DNA of 64,000 nucleotides from Octopus sinensis (GCF_006345805.1 NC_043013.1:15934001-15998000), one strand, 5' to 3'; shown: positions 38,210 to 51,427, counted from the stretch's first letter. Numbers and translations: made by a program. Notes: generated by a model not told the origin, from the letters alone.

Positions 38210-38640
38210 ATTAAATAGGAGAACCAGGAAGGTATTTTAATGCCAGTAATCCAAAGACACAGTTTTCAACAATGCAATAATATCATCAATAGGAAGAAGC
38301 AGGAAAGTATGTCAACTCAAGTAATCCAAAGACACAGTCTTCAATAACACATCAATGGCATCAATAGGAAGAGCAAGGAAGGTTTATTGATGTGAGTAAT
38401 TCAAAGACACAGTTTTCAACAACGCATTAATAGTAACAACAGGACAACCAGCAAGATATGTTGATGTGAGTAATCCAACTACACAGTTTTCAACAGCCAG
38501 ATAATATCATCAATAGGAAGAACAAGGAAACCATGCCTACACAAGTCATCCAAAAACACAGTTTTCAACAGATATTGTCAATAGGAAGAACCAAGAATGT
38601 ATGTCGGTACAAGTAATCCAAAGAAACAGTTTTCAACAAG
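38210..38640 (+). repeat. ~75-bp satellite, ~6 units, forward
   Basis: GTAATCCAAAGACACAGTTTTCAAC-type motif at 38246, 38321, 38396, 38470, 38545, 38613. Confidence 0.9.
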
Positions 38641-38759
38641 AATAATTAAAGGTCTTGTAGCCATGTCTTTGTTTAAAAGGCAATGTAACCAGAACTGTAT
38701 TTTGTAAGACACAGAAGGTGTGAATTGACAGATATTTGGCTGTTATTTCTAGCAAAACA

Positions 38760-39480
38760 GTGTGTTTTGGGATTACTCACATCAACATACCCTCCTGGTG
38801 GTTCTATTGTTACCATTAGAGTATTATTGAAAACTGTGTCTTTGGATTTCTTGTGTTGAAATGTCTTTCTGATTCTTCCTATTGATGATATTTTTGCATT
38901 GTTGAAAATTGCGTCTTTGGATTACTCACATCAGCATATCTTCCTGGTGATCCTATTGTTATCATTAATGTGTTGTTGAAAACTGTGTCTTCGGATTTCT
39001 GGTGTTGACACCCCTTGCTGGTTCTTCCTAATGATAATATTGTTGCATTGTTGAAAATTGTATCTTTGGATTACTTGTCATGAAACCTTCCGTTCTTAAA
39101 AACTCTATCTCTGGGTTACTCTCATCAACATACCTTCCTTGTGGTCCTATTATTGTGAGCATGTTGTTGAAAACTGTGTCTTCGAATTTATTGTGTTGAG
39201 ATGCCTTCCTGGTTCTTTGCATTGATGATATTGCGTTGAGGAAAATGATATCTTTGGATTATTCGCATCAACATACCTTCTTGGTTCCTCCTATTGATAC
39301 CATTGACGTGTTGTTGAAAACTGTGTCTTTGGATAACTTGTGTTGACACACCTTGCTGGTTCATCTCATCAATAATATTGTTGGAAGCTATATTTTTGAA
39401 TTACTTACATCAACATTCCTTCTTCGTTGTCCTGTTGTTACCAGTAGTGTGTTGTCAAAAACTGTGTCTCATATCAACAT
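38760..39480 (-). repeat. same ~75-bp satellite, ~10 units, reverse orientation
   Basis: GGATT(A/T)C-type motif at ~38770, 38844, 38919, 38993, 39068 ... 39398. Confidence 0.9.
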
Positions 39481-39739
39481 GCTTACCTGGTTTTTCCTAG
39501 CAAGTCAAGCAACCATATAGACAACCTGCCCCAGCTCATAGACAAGTACCATCAAATAGTTAAGTAGACAAATGTCTCCCCTCACACTCTTATGGAACAT
39601 CTCTCTCCCCTCTGTGCTACTTCTCCCACCGTACCCTGTGGATAGGCCCTCTCTCTCTTGCTCTAACTGTCTCTATCTTTTTCTCCCTCTCCCAGCCACT
39701 TCTCTGAGTTCCTCTCCTTCTCTCAACTGAATTGTTCTT

Positions 39740-40213
39740 GTCTTGCAAGTGAGTTGGCACCTCACAGGTGCTGGTGCCACATATAAAGCATCTGTGTTGG
39801 TGCCACATAAGAAGTACCCATGCTGGCACCATGTAAAAAGCACCTGTGCCAGCACACATAAAATCCACCAGTGCTGGTGCCATATGAGAAGCACCTGTAC
39901 CAGCATCATGTAAAAAGAACCTGTACAGGTGCTACATAATAAAGCATCTGTACTGGTACCATGTTGAAAGCATCTAATACACTTTGTAAAGCGGTTCGCA
40001 TTAGGAAAGGCATCAAGCTGTAGAAATCATGCCGAAACAGACGACTTGAACCTGGTGTAGCCCTCTGGATTGCTCCTGTTAAACCATCCCATCCATGTCA
40101 GCATGGGAAATGGACATTAAATGATGATGATGATGACGATGATGATGATGATGATGATGACGATGACGATGATGATGATGACGACGACGACGATGATGAT
40201 GATGATGATGACA

Positions 40214-40259
<46 letters not shown>

Positions 40260-40390
40260 CGACGACGACGATAATGATGATGATGACGACGACGATGACG
40301 ATGATGATGATGATGATGATAATGATGATGACGACGACGACAATGACAATGATGATGATAAAGATGATGATGATGATGATGACGATGACA
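39740..40390 (+). mobile_element. old RTE 3' UTR/tail with greatly expanded (GAT/GAC)n
   Basis: GCATGGGAAATGGACATTAAATGATG followed by ~270 bp of microsatellite. Confidence 0.75.
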
Positions 40391-40883
40391 AAAGTAGTAG
40401 CCAGGATCTAGATGGAGGTGTTAAACCGAGTGACACAGTAAGTCCTCTGTCCCTTACAAAACAGGAAGAGTCAGTCCTTCCAATGGGAATTCACTGTTCC
40501 CATTTGCCTAAATTCACATGCAAGATTTTTGGTTGATACGAATAGACAGCAATAAAAGATACTTTTTTTTCCAAGGTGTCACAGCAATGACATATTTTGG
40601 TACTGTCCTGTCAGAGCCATCTGCTTGGTATTGCTGTTTTGATGTTGACTTTTCTTGCCATATAATGGTTCTCTTGCTCTCCTCCTCTCTCTCCCTCTCT
40701 GTCTGTCTTTCTGTCTGTCTGTCTGTCTCTCTCTCTCTGTATGTGTGTATTTGTATGTGTTTTTACATATGTGTGTGTGTTGTGTGTAGGTGTGTGTGTG
40801 TGTGTGTGAGTACGTGAGCATGTTTCTCTCTGTGCATATGAGAGGAACAGTGTTTCTATCAACTGTGTTCAATTTATAAATTG

Positions 40884-40936
<53 letters not shown>

Positions 40937-41815
40937 GTCTCACTCCCTCTCTCTTTCTCACTCTGTCTCACTCTCTTTCTCTCTGTCTCACTCCGTCTCT
41001 CATTCTTTGTATTGGTATATATATACTTCTGCATTCACATATATGTTTGTGTGTTTGTATGTGTGTGTGTGTGTGTATGTGTGTGCGAAATGTGCTTGTG
41101 TGTGTGTGTGTAAGTGTGTGTATGCTTGTATGTGTGTGTGTGTGTGTCTGTCTGTGAATGTATGTGTGTGTTTGTGTGTGTATGCATGTAAGTGTTTGTG
41201 TGTGTGTATGTGTGTATGCATGTAAGTGTTTGTATGTGTGTATGTGTGTCTGCATGTGTACGTGTGTCTGTCTGGTTGCCTCAAGCACCAAAATATACTA
41301 TCACCAGAGCAGGCTGAATGTCTAGTCAGCCATGCCAAATGGTCAGTGTCCAAACAGTTATGCTTAATCATCTCATTCTCAGGTGCCACACAATAAGATT
41401 GAACCCAAAACTGCACAATTGTAGTTTGAAAGCCAACTTCTTAACCACACAGCTATGCCTATATCCATATCCTCCTCCTCCTCCTTCTTTGCACAATCAC
41501 CTCCTACCACCTCACATGAACAGGATCTCAGTCTAACGTAATGCATAAATGTCCGTTGTGCTGCTGCAAACCAAGGCCAAAATCTAAAAACCAGAAACTA
41601 ATTAGAATTGATACGTCCATGGTTCCATTTAATCAGAAAATGGATACACCACAATTCCAAATACGTACATGACTCACAGACGCTCTCCGATTCCATTAAT
41701 GTATATTTGTTTTTACATTATCTTTTCCTGCTGTGAACAAATCTTGGAGGAGGAATTCTATCTGAAGAATGGAAATATTTTGCAAAAACATGGATATAAA
41801 TATAGTAGTAGTAGC

Positions 41816-41850
<35 letters not shown>

Positions 41851-41887
41851 TGGTAGTAGTAGTAGTAGTAGTAGCAGCAGCAGTAGC

Positions 41888-41921
<34 letters not shown>

Positions 41922-42106
41922 ATTGTTGCTCCCCACCCATATTCCCTCAAATCAAGAGCTGCTCTGATCATCCAATCTATGATCAAAGGGCATTCCAACT
42001 GTGACCTTCCCTGAAGAAATCCATGACCACATTATCTAACATGCCCTTTTTATAAGAAGCTGCATGCGATTTGAGAGCAAGCTGATGATGATGATAATGA
42101 TGATGC

Positions 42107-42141
<35 letters not shown>

Positions 42142-42486
42142 TTGGTGAGGATAATGATAATCTTTGTTGTCATTATTACTGCCACCACTATCACCATCAC
42201 CACTACCACCACCACCACTACCGCCATCATCACCATCATCATTATTATAATCAATTAACATCTGTTTCCCCATGCTGACACGGGTTGGCCATGTTTGCCA
42301 TCTCATCATCAATCCTCCTGGTCTTTCATTATCTCATCGCTAAATATTGATGGTTGCTATGGAGACAGTTATAGTGGTGGTTGTAGTTGAGTGGTAGTGA
42401 GGATAACGGTGGCAGTTGTGGTATATAGTTAGAAAAATTGATAGATTTATATGCAGCTAGACTGATAGATTGATAGAGAGATTCCT

Positions 42487-42529
<43 letters not shown>

Positions 42530-42543
42530 ATATATATGTATAT

Positions 42544-42595
<52 letters not shown>

Positions 42596-42622
42596 TATAT
42601 AAAGATATATACATATATATAT

Positions 42623-42665
<43 letters not shown>

Positions 42666-42826
42666 GATTAAGAAACCATTGGTACAATATTATATATTTG
42701 AAAAAAATGAATAGAAATGGCTTTTCTGATAATTTTTATACTTTAATAATTAGATTTTTATAAGTTTTATTAAAGTGGAAAATTTATCAGAAAAGCCATT
42801 TCATCATCATTTCATACCATCATTAC

Positions 42827-42862
<36 letters not shown>

Positions 42863-42869
42863 ATATATA

Positions 42870-44090
42870 TGTGTATTCTACTACATATGTGGAAAATTCT
42901 GTCTGCGGGTGTGTTTGTTTGAGGAGTTGTTAGCTAACTCCTCCTACATCATTATATCAATTTTGATAAAACTTCACACTTGAGTGGAACTCGTATCTAG
43001 AAACCTCATGGCATACTCAGATTATTGAAAAAAAAAATCGATAATAGGGCCCCTGGAAGGGATCCTTATATATAACTAATATATTTTATTTCAACAGCCA
43101 AGGTAAATAACCCATTCACTTTCCTATATTATTTGGTATAAATCAAATTGAGTATGCTTATTTCTTAGTATTTGAACTGTTAGAGTTATTTTCACAATCT
43201 ATCTAGTACACCCTTAAACAAGTAAATAGTATTTTACTAAACATTATTAGATCTACTTAGATCTAAACAATAGATCCACAATAGATTCACTAAGTGATCC
43301 ACTTATCACTTAGTGACTTATTCACGAATATACCATGAATGACGATGCCTTTCATGTCACTTCAGCCAATTGACATATTCTGCATTTAGACAAATTCACT
43401 GCCAACACAAAGGTCGCAACCTGTTTGCATGTAGGAACACCTTCTTAAGATCTATCTGTACATCTTGAAAATGGCCAGCATGTATATTTCACAGAAGACA
43501 ACGCTCAAAATGTAGTTCCAAATCCGTGAGAAACCACTTTGACAGCTTTTTTCAAATTATGCCAATGTGATCTGTTTGCCTGAACACTGTTGTATGTAGA
43601 GGGCATGCAATAGATGGAACAGTCACAAGCAAGGAGCACGTGTTGAGGGCTGGGAAGAAGATGAAGATGCTGTCTTCAGAAGTGGGGTCATTGGACGGGT
43701 GTACGCCGTGCGCCCTAAACAGCAGTAGTGCTTCTTTCTGTATCTACTGCTACACACTGTCAGAGGCCCTACATTATTCACAGATTTTTGAAGACACAAT
43801 GGGAAGTCTGCATGACCTATAGAGAAACCTGCACCAAACACCTAGAGGATGATGCTTACTGGGACCAGACACTGGAGGAGGCAGCAGTCAACACAGCACT
43901 AAGTCAACTGTGTAGGCTATTTTCTATCATGTTGATGACATAAGGCTTGTGTGAACCACCCAAGCTTTGGGCGATCCACAAAACCAGCATGGCAGAGGAC
44001 ATCTAGAAAGGATTCAAAGGCAAACCTCAGTGGAAATTGCCATGTTCAATAACGCCATTTATAATAAGGCATTACTTGACCTGGACACCT
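42870..44090 (+). mobile_element. Helitron remnant (RepHel segment between Rep and helicase)
   Basis: VHLENGQHVYFTE...ETTLTAFFKLCQ.D.FA.TLLY...IGRVYAVRP...CFFLYLLL.TVRGPT...TYRETC...LEDDAYWDQTLEEA...LWAIHKTSMAEDI; coding traces ~43440-44005, 5' extent uncertain. Confidence 0.85.
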
Positions 44091-44346
44091 AAGTGCATGC
44101 TATGGGAGGTCAAGGCAATTCCACATTTGGTTATTACATAACTGACTTCACAGTTTGGGTATTCATAACTTATTGGGAATTTCTAAAAACAAGATCCTGT
44201 GTAAGACCGTTCGGTATTCTCAATAAATGCACAAAAACCGTTTTAAGGGCTACATACTTTGTTTTGTTGCTACTGGATTAGTGAAGCAGTTATGAAAATG
44301 GAACCCAGGGATAAGCCCCGCTTTTCCAGGAATTACCAGGTACATC

Positions 44347-44370
<24 letters not shown>

Positions 44371-44377
<7 letters not shown>

Positions 44378-44583
44378 GGTGCTGAAAAGTTCCTGGCTTT
44401 AATGGTATCATGAAGAGCCTAGTTAGTGGCCCAACATCCCAGGTTCTTTTCCTGGGCTTAAAAAAACTGAAGGACCATCGCAATAAGTGTGTAAATCTGA
44501 GAGGGGAATATGTTGAATGAAGTCATAATTAACTCCTGTATTTTCTTTTACCCAAAGCCACGAACTATTCAGCACCCCCTTGT
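44371..44583 (+). mobile_element. mariner-derived MITE
   Basis: TIRs GGGGTGCTGAA(A/T)AGTTC(C/G)TGGCTTT; internal transposase end LKDHRNKCVNLRGEYVE*. Confidence 0.85.
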
Positions 44584-44672
44584 GTGTGTATATATATATG
44601 TGTGTGTGTCTGTGGGTATGTATGTATCTATGTATATATTTGTGTGTATATGTATGTATGTATGTATGTGTG

Positions 44673-44711
<39 letters not shown>

Positions 44712-44744
44712 TGTATACACACACATACATTTATGTTTATATAA

Positions 44745-44776
<32 letters not shown>

Positions 44777-44789
44777 AAACTCATACATA

Positions 44790-45300
44790 CACAAGTGTCG
44801 TCCTGAAATTAACACAAAAGTCAGCCTAACGTTTTTTTCATAAACTGACAAAGGTTGTTCGAATTGTACATGTTGATAGAATAAGCCTTCACTTTACAGT
44901 AACTCTTCTTTCTTCCTTGTTTTTCTTCTTTGCAGGCAAGTAACGGGTTCAAGAAAGAAGCAGTATTACGCCATTGAGTTCCTGTGGAAGGAAGAGGGCA
45001 AGCTGAGCTGTCCAATATCCCATTGAAAGTGACAGCTTGTTTATGGAGATGACATCGTTGACAAGAGCAACGTGTACAGATAAAGGAGTAAGTTTTAAGA
45101 AGCAGGAGGCGGGGAGACAGCTTCGAAGACAAACCATGCAGTCATTGACTTCCAACTACTGACATGATTCACAAGTGTGTGGATGAACTGATTTGCACAA
45201 ACAGGCAAGTCACAGTCTGTGAGCTTGCCACACACCTTGCACTGTGGTCATAATGCATCACAGAAGAGAGACGGTGTAAGTGTGTGGAAAGTAGATTTAT
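44790..45300 (+). mobile_element. mariner transposase N-terminal remnant
   Basis: KKQYYAIEFLWKEEG...LVYGDDIVDKSNVYR...VDELICTNRQVTVCELA, with frameshifts. Confidence 0.75.
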
Positions 45301-45715
45301 TTGCAGATAATGAGAGATCAAATGGGAGAAGGTTGAAGGTGTGTAATAATCAGTTAGATGCTTTTGGAGCCATGAAGATTACAGGAGACAGAAAGTGCAA
45401 GTATGTATAAAGTAGGTGTATTTCCAGATGATGACAGATTTAAGTGGGAGAAGGCTGGATGTGTGCAATAATCTGCTAGATGCATTTGTAGCCATGAAGA
45501 TTACGGAAAGGAGAAGATGCAAGCATGTATAAAGTAGATATATTGGCAGATGACAGATTTCAGCAGGAGGAGACTTGAGGTGTGCAATGATCTGCTAAAT
45601 GCATATGTAGCCATGAAGATTACGGAAAGGAGAAGATGCAAGCGTGTATAAAAAGATATGGAGGAGACTGGAGGTGTGCAATGATCTGCTAGATACATTA
45701 GCAGTCATAAAGATG
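45285..45715 (+). repeat. ~120-bp tandem repeat, ~3.5 units
   Basis: GGTGTGCAATGATCTGCTA...GCCATGAAGATTAC recurs; units translate QMTD..RRRLEVCNDLL. Confidence 0.85.
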
Positions 45716-45936
45716 AGTGTTTGTTGTTCTTTACCTGATTTGGTCACAGAGAATGAAATGTAGGAATATATTTATTACTTGGAAATGGAATGGCATCATA
45801 CATCTTCTCCAAGTGCCTGTGGTTGACTCAAAATCATGATGACTCTTTTGAGGAGGACAAGGACATCACTCTACTTGATTTTCTGTGATATGGCAGTAAC
45901 CGAAACAGTGAGAAATACACTGAAATGCTCAAAAAG

Positions 45937-46165
45937 CTTAGCCTTTTAGTATTTATACCGGCCGTATCCGGCCAAAGTATTCTGCCTCTTATATGCTCAA
46001 ACTGGCCAGATTTGGCCTCTCACACCAACCCTACAATATCATTCTAAAAATTAACAGTTACCTCATCAAAATCTCAAAGTTACATGACAAGGCATGATTA
46101 ATTCAAAACAATGTGAATAAATAAGCATTACATTTGGTAGAATAATGTGAATGCTGAAAGGTTAG
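45937..46165. mobile_element. old TTAA-type (piggyBac-like) MITE
   Basis: Degenerate ends TTAGCCTTTTAGTATT and GAATGCTGAAAGGTTAG. Confidence 0.5.
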
Positions 46166-46261
46166 AGAAGCCATTAGGAAGAAGAAACCAAATAAGATTC
46201 TGGAAATGATGCACATTAGCCATAATAATGTGTGGCTACATGCATCTTTGACAGCAAATCA

Positions 46262-46572
46262 TGCAATGTTTGTTTGTTTGTTTGTTCCTTCTCGAGCCAT
46301 CCCTGGCTCAAAGGGCCGGTTTTCCAATTTCCTTGGCATATAGGTTCCCCACCTGGATGGGATGCCAGTCCATCACAGGTGAGCTGCAAGGTGCAGGAAG
46401 AAAGAGTAAGAGAAAGTTGTGGCGAAAAGAGTCATCAGAAGTTCGTCATTACCTTCTGCTGGAACCGTGTGGAGCTTAGGTGTTTTTTTCTCATAAACAC
46501 AGACATTGCCCAGTTTGAGATTCGAACCTGCGATCCCTCAACTGCGAGTCTGCTACTCTAACCATGTACCTC
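46262..46572 (-). mobile_element. tRNA-derived SINE with V-like domain and (CAAA)n tail
   Basis: B box GGTTCGAATC; CCTGTGATGGACTGGCATCCCATCCAGG; 3' hairpin GAGCC/GGCTC. Confidence 0.75.
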
Positions 46573-46598
46573 CATGCAATGGGTAGGTTAGATTAGTC

Positions 46599-46864
46599 CA
46601 GTGATTCAAACCATTTTTTTGCCTATGGACCCTCTGATTCATATTTTACTTGGGTAGACCCTCATTGCAATTCAGTGTTTAAAAGATCCTATTATATTTT
46701 TTTATTATTAAATATTATTAGAAATTGAATTTTAAAAAATTGTCAAAATATTTTGTGTATTGTAGAAATATAACCAATTTATTGTAAATGGATGTTAACA
46801 ACAAATGGATGTTAACAACCTACCAGCACTCCAAGGTATTGTGGACCTTGGTTGAGGACCACTG
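46599..46864. mobile_element. hAT (Charlie-like) MITE
   Basis: Ends CAGTGATTCAAACC and GGTTGAGGACCACTG; TSD GATTAGTC / GATTAGCC (7/8). Confidence 0.8.
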
Positions 46865-47068
46865 GATTAGCCAGTCATCTCCTACCCACTGTACAAGCTG
46901 GATCTGAAGTTCTCTTGTCTTTCATCTGTTTGGTTAAATAAAAGACTCTTCAGCATGGAGTGGGGGACAATTTGATATTACAGAAGAGGTGTAGAGATAC
47001 ACAAATGCACACACACACAAACACACAGACTCACACACACACACGCACACACACACACACACACACAC

Positions 47069-47069
<1 letters not shown>

Positions 47070-47153
<84 letters not shown>

Positions 47154-47205
47154 GATAGATAGATAGACAAACAGGCAAATAAAAAATAGACAGATATGTA
47201 AAGGG

Positions 47206-47298
<93 letters not shown>

Positions 47299-47352
47299 CA
47301 AACAGGCAAATAGAAAATAGACAGATATGTAAAGGGATAGATAGATAGATAA

Positions 47353-47409
<57 letters not shown>

Positions 47410-47463
47410 CAAACAGGCAAATAGAAAATAGACAGATATGTAAAGGGATAGATAGATAGATAA

Positions 47464-47516
<53 letters not shown>

Positions 47517-47540
47517 TAGATAGGCAGATAGATAGAATGA
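47070..47540. repeat. (GATA)n array with three copies of a ~40-bp interruption (higher-order repeat)
   Basis: GACAAACAGGCAAATA(G/A)AAAATAGACAGATATGTAAAGG at ~47166, ~47296, ~47409. Confidence 0.9.
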
Positions 47541-48129
47541 TATATAAATAGAAAATGAACAAGTAAATTTTTATATAACTCTGTTGCAACATTCTTCACA
47601 TTCCAACACTTGAGATTGTAAAGTTTCCTGGTTTCAAGTGGTGGTGGTGGTGGTGGTATTATTGATGATAGTGTTTGTGATGGTGGCTGTGTGTAATTGT
47701 TATTAGTGGTGGTGGTGGTGGTGGAATTTGTTTAAGGTGTGCAAGCACCATGTACCTTATAACAGCCTTCCACCACAACTGCCCCTGCCTGCCACCACCA
47801 CCACCACCACCACTACTGTTTCTGACTGATAATAACATTACTGTTTCTATAACTTTCCAACTGACCTAACCCACCTAAGGTGTAACATGAGAGAGAGAGA
47901 GAGCTAGTGAAAGAGATAGAGCGAGATAGGGAGAGATAGAAAGAAAGGAAGTGAGAGTGGTAGACAGAAGGAAGGTGAGTAATTGTGTGAGAGATGGAGA
48001 GAGGAGGGAAAGGTAAGGTTTGATGATGTTTAAATGACCAGGTAGGTTTAGTCTGTTGCTGTAACTTTTCAACTGATAAGGTTTTAACGAGGTAAAATTA
48101 GTATCCAGGCATTTAGTTGCTTGATAGAT

Positions 48130-48330
48130 ACACTCTTTTACTCTTTTACTTGTTTCAGTCATTTGACTGTGGCCATGCTGGAGCACTGCCTTTAGTCGAG
48201 CAAATCAACCCCAGGACTTATTCTTTGGAAGCCTAGTACTTATTCTATCGGTTCTTTTGCCGAACTGCTAAGTTACGGGGATGTAAACACACCACCATCG
48301 GTTGTCAAGCGATGTTGGGGGGAAAACACA

Positions 48331-48427
<97 letters not shown>

Positions 48428-48436
48428 ACACACACA

Positions 48437-48478
<42 letters not shown>

Positions 48479-48635
48479 CATATGTACGATGGGCTTCTTT
48501 CAGTTTCTGTCTACCAAATCCACTCACAAGGCTTTGGTCAGCCCGGGGCTATAGTAGAAGGCACTTGCCCAAATTACCATGCAGTGGGAATGAAACCAGA
48601 ACCATGTGGTTGGTAAGCAAGCTACTTACCATACA
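48130..48635 (-). mobile_element. SINE family B, full length
   Basis: Family homology; long internal (CA)n. Confidence 0.88.
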
Positions 48636-49634
48636 GAGTCTGTAGAGTTTATAAAAATATGAGAGAAAGAAAATGGCATTCATGAGACTCTTTATCAATC
48701 ACTATGATCATTTCAACCCATTGGGCACCAGTGCCTCACAGGTAAATTGCTGTGTAAACAGTTGTTGTGCATGACAGGTGTGGATGTGTTACACATCTAC
48801 ACAAACAACTTGAGTATAGCACTTCTTATATAAGCAATAAGATAACTGACAAAGTAACAAAAATAGAAAATAAAATATAATATAATATAAAAAACAAGCA
48901 AATGAATTAAACAGTATGTTATCCACTGATAATAAAAGACCATTGAAAATAACCATAAAACAACAAAGAATCGAAATAGAACAAAAACAATAAAAAAATG
49001 ATCATCGTTTAACATTGCTTCCGATGCTGACATGGATAGGATGGTCTTACAGGGAACAGGGAACAAGCAAGCTGCAGAGCTGTGTCAAAGTTCAAAGTTA
49101 TATTTGGCATGGTTTCTATGGCTGGATGCCCTTATTAATGCCAACCACTTTATAGTGTCATTCTAATCCTACTTTGTCTGTCAGTAGGATACAAGGAAAT
49201 CTATACACATAGATGCGTGTAGTTATGAACAATTCCAGTACACAACCATTCACATATACATGTACATGCACACACACACACGTGTAAATATACACACAGA
49301 GGAATACTAAAACACACAACCACACACACATATACATACACAGATGCCTCACACATACACACACACAGAGCTGTGCACAGATGCATCTGCATGCACATTC
49401 TCACACATGTAGGTACATACACACACATAAGAACAAACACATACAAACATACACACAGATGCTCACACACACACACATCTACATTGTTCTCCCCTCCACC
49501 TCTTCAAATACAGAACTACACCCATAAATCTTGACTGAATGACAAGTTGGTTAGATTAATTATTTAACTGACAATAAAAAAGCCATAATTGAACTGTTGT
49601 ATGTTATTTTTATGAGCAGAATGACACTATGTCT

Positions 49635-50622
49635 ATATCTGTTGGGCTGGCAAGAAAGGAATTTCTTTTTTCAAAAATAGACAGAGTTACGATTTTTTTG
49701 AATGACTTATGTCAATATTATGATTTTTTCCTTTTGACATTTGATACCCCGTTACTTTTAGCTTATTTTACAAGCAAATTGTCTGTAATTTTGTTTACAG
49801 CTGTTAGTTCAATGTCAATTTTAAAATGGACTGCAAAAACGAACATTTGCGCCATATTTTACATTTTTTATTTCCTTAAAGGCAAGAAAGTTGCTGAGGC
49901 TCACAAAGGGAGTTTATGGAATTGATTGCTTAACAGAACATACATGTCAGAAATGGTTTTAAAAATTCTGTTCTGGAGCTTTTTCACTCAAAAGATGATC
50001 AATGTTCTGGTTGATGATGACCGAATCAAAGCCATGATTGAGTCTGATTGTAATATAATTGTGTGAGAGATTGCAGAGAGGTTAAATGTATAATATACAA
50101 CAATTGAAATTCACTTAAAATGTCTTGGACTCCTTAAGGAGCTCGATATTTGGGTTCCACATGAATTGAAAGAGATTCACTCAACACAATAAATCAATAT
50201 TTGCGATATGCATCTCAAACACAATAAAATCGACTTCTTTTGGAAATAAATCATTGGTGATGAAAAGTGGATTGTCTACAATAACATTGATTGAAAATGA
50301 CCATGGTCCAAGTGTAATAAACCAGTACAAACCACATCGAAAGCTGAACTGCATCAAAAAAGTGGTCATACTCTCAATTTGATGGGATTACAAAAGTGTT
50401 GTGTTTTTGAGCTGCTTCAAAGGAACCAAATGATCAATTCAGATCTTTAGTGTCAACAACTAATGAAAATGGAGGAAGCATATCAAAGAAAAACAGCCAA
50501 ATCGTATTCCACCATGACAATGCAAGACCACACATGTCTTTGCTAGCTTGTGAAAAATTATTAGTGTTTGGCTGGGAAGTGATGTCACAGCCACCATATA
50601 GCCCTGACCTTGCACCATCAAA
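49635..50622 (+). mobile_element. mariner transposon remnant, frameshifted and 3'-truncated
   Basis: MDCKNEHLRHIL...KKVAEAH...IGDEKWIVYNN...FHHDNARPH...GWEVMSQPPYSPDLAPS. Confidence 0.9.
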
Positions 50623-50626
50623 AATA

Positions 50627-50642
50627 GAACTCATGATATGAG

Positions 50643-50677
<35 letters not shown>

Positions 50678-50855
50678 CCAAAATAAGCAACAATGATATC
50701 CAAAGGTACAATCGTTTCATGCTACTTCATTTAATTAAACAATGTAAGTATTACATCAGTTTTAAAATGTAGAGCACTCTTCAGCCACATATGGAATTTT
50801 TAAAATTTAAATTTACACTACCTTTGGATATCCTTGTTGCTTATTTTGATTATAA
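50627..50855 (-). mobile_element. PLE pLTR-like element with HHR (50705-50789) and inverted terminal duplication
   Basis: TGTGG-CTGAAGA-GTGCT...AGCAT-GAA-AC-GATT-GT-A; ~50678-50708 is inverted at ~50818-50850. Confidence 0.65.
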
Positions 50856-51018
50856 TCACCCCATTTGATTTATATGATAATACCATACCAAATTCTGGTA
50901 CCTTTAACTTAAGTACCATATTCATCTGAACCTATATATATATATATTGTATGTATGTGTTTATATATATCTAAAAATGTTAAGGAGAGTTCAAATAGAT
51001 TCAACAATTTATATAAAC

Positions 51019-51404
51019 ACTAGCAGTATCGCCCGGCGTTGCTCAGGTTTGTAAGGGAAATAACTATAAAGCATTTTTAGAGAGTTATAGCCAAAAAATA
51101 GCAAAAAAATGGGAAAAAAATGATGGTAAATTTTTTTTGAGAGTTAAAAAAGGTGGAGTTGCGTCCCCTAGACGGTCTGTGGTTTGGGTTTCTGATTCTC
51201 GACCCCATGTCGAATTTATCGATTTTTTTCAGAACTGGAGGAACTTTTCAAAATTTTCGCTGCATTAGTTTTGAATTATGACATTGGGCTATGTGTGTGT
51301 CAAGTTTCATCAGAATCGGTTGAAAGCCATGGTCAGAGTGAGGGTACGAGAAAACAGACACACAGAAAACGCACAGACAAACTGCCGTTTATATAGAGAG
51401 AGAT
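51019..51404 (+). mobile_element. non-autonomous Helitron/Helentron-type element (Lep1/DINE-like)
   Basis: 5' ACTAGCAGTATCGCCCGGCGTTGCT; 3' AAGTTTCATCAGAATCGG...ACAGAC...TTTATATAG; young and CpG-rich. Confidence 0.6.
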
Positions 51405-51427
51405 ATATTGCACAATGGATCAATGTA

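Noticed and set aside
38210-39480. CRISPR-like array
   Set aside because: The whole 75-bp unit is homologous between copies, so there are no unique spacers; it is a satellite.
41717-41761. Cytochrome P450 I-helix-like peptide (DLFTAGKD)
   Set aside because: The conserved Thr is absent, the match is too short, and no other P450 exon is in the window.
44910-44945. Splice acceptor TTTCTTCTTTGCAG|GCAAG
   Set aside because: Lies in the 5' region of a mariner remnant, and the downstream sequence is broken transposase.
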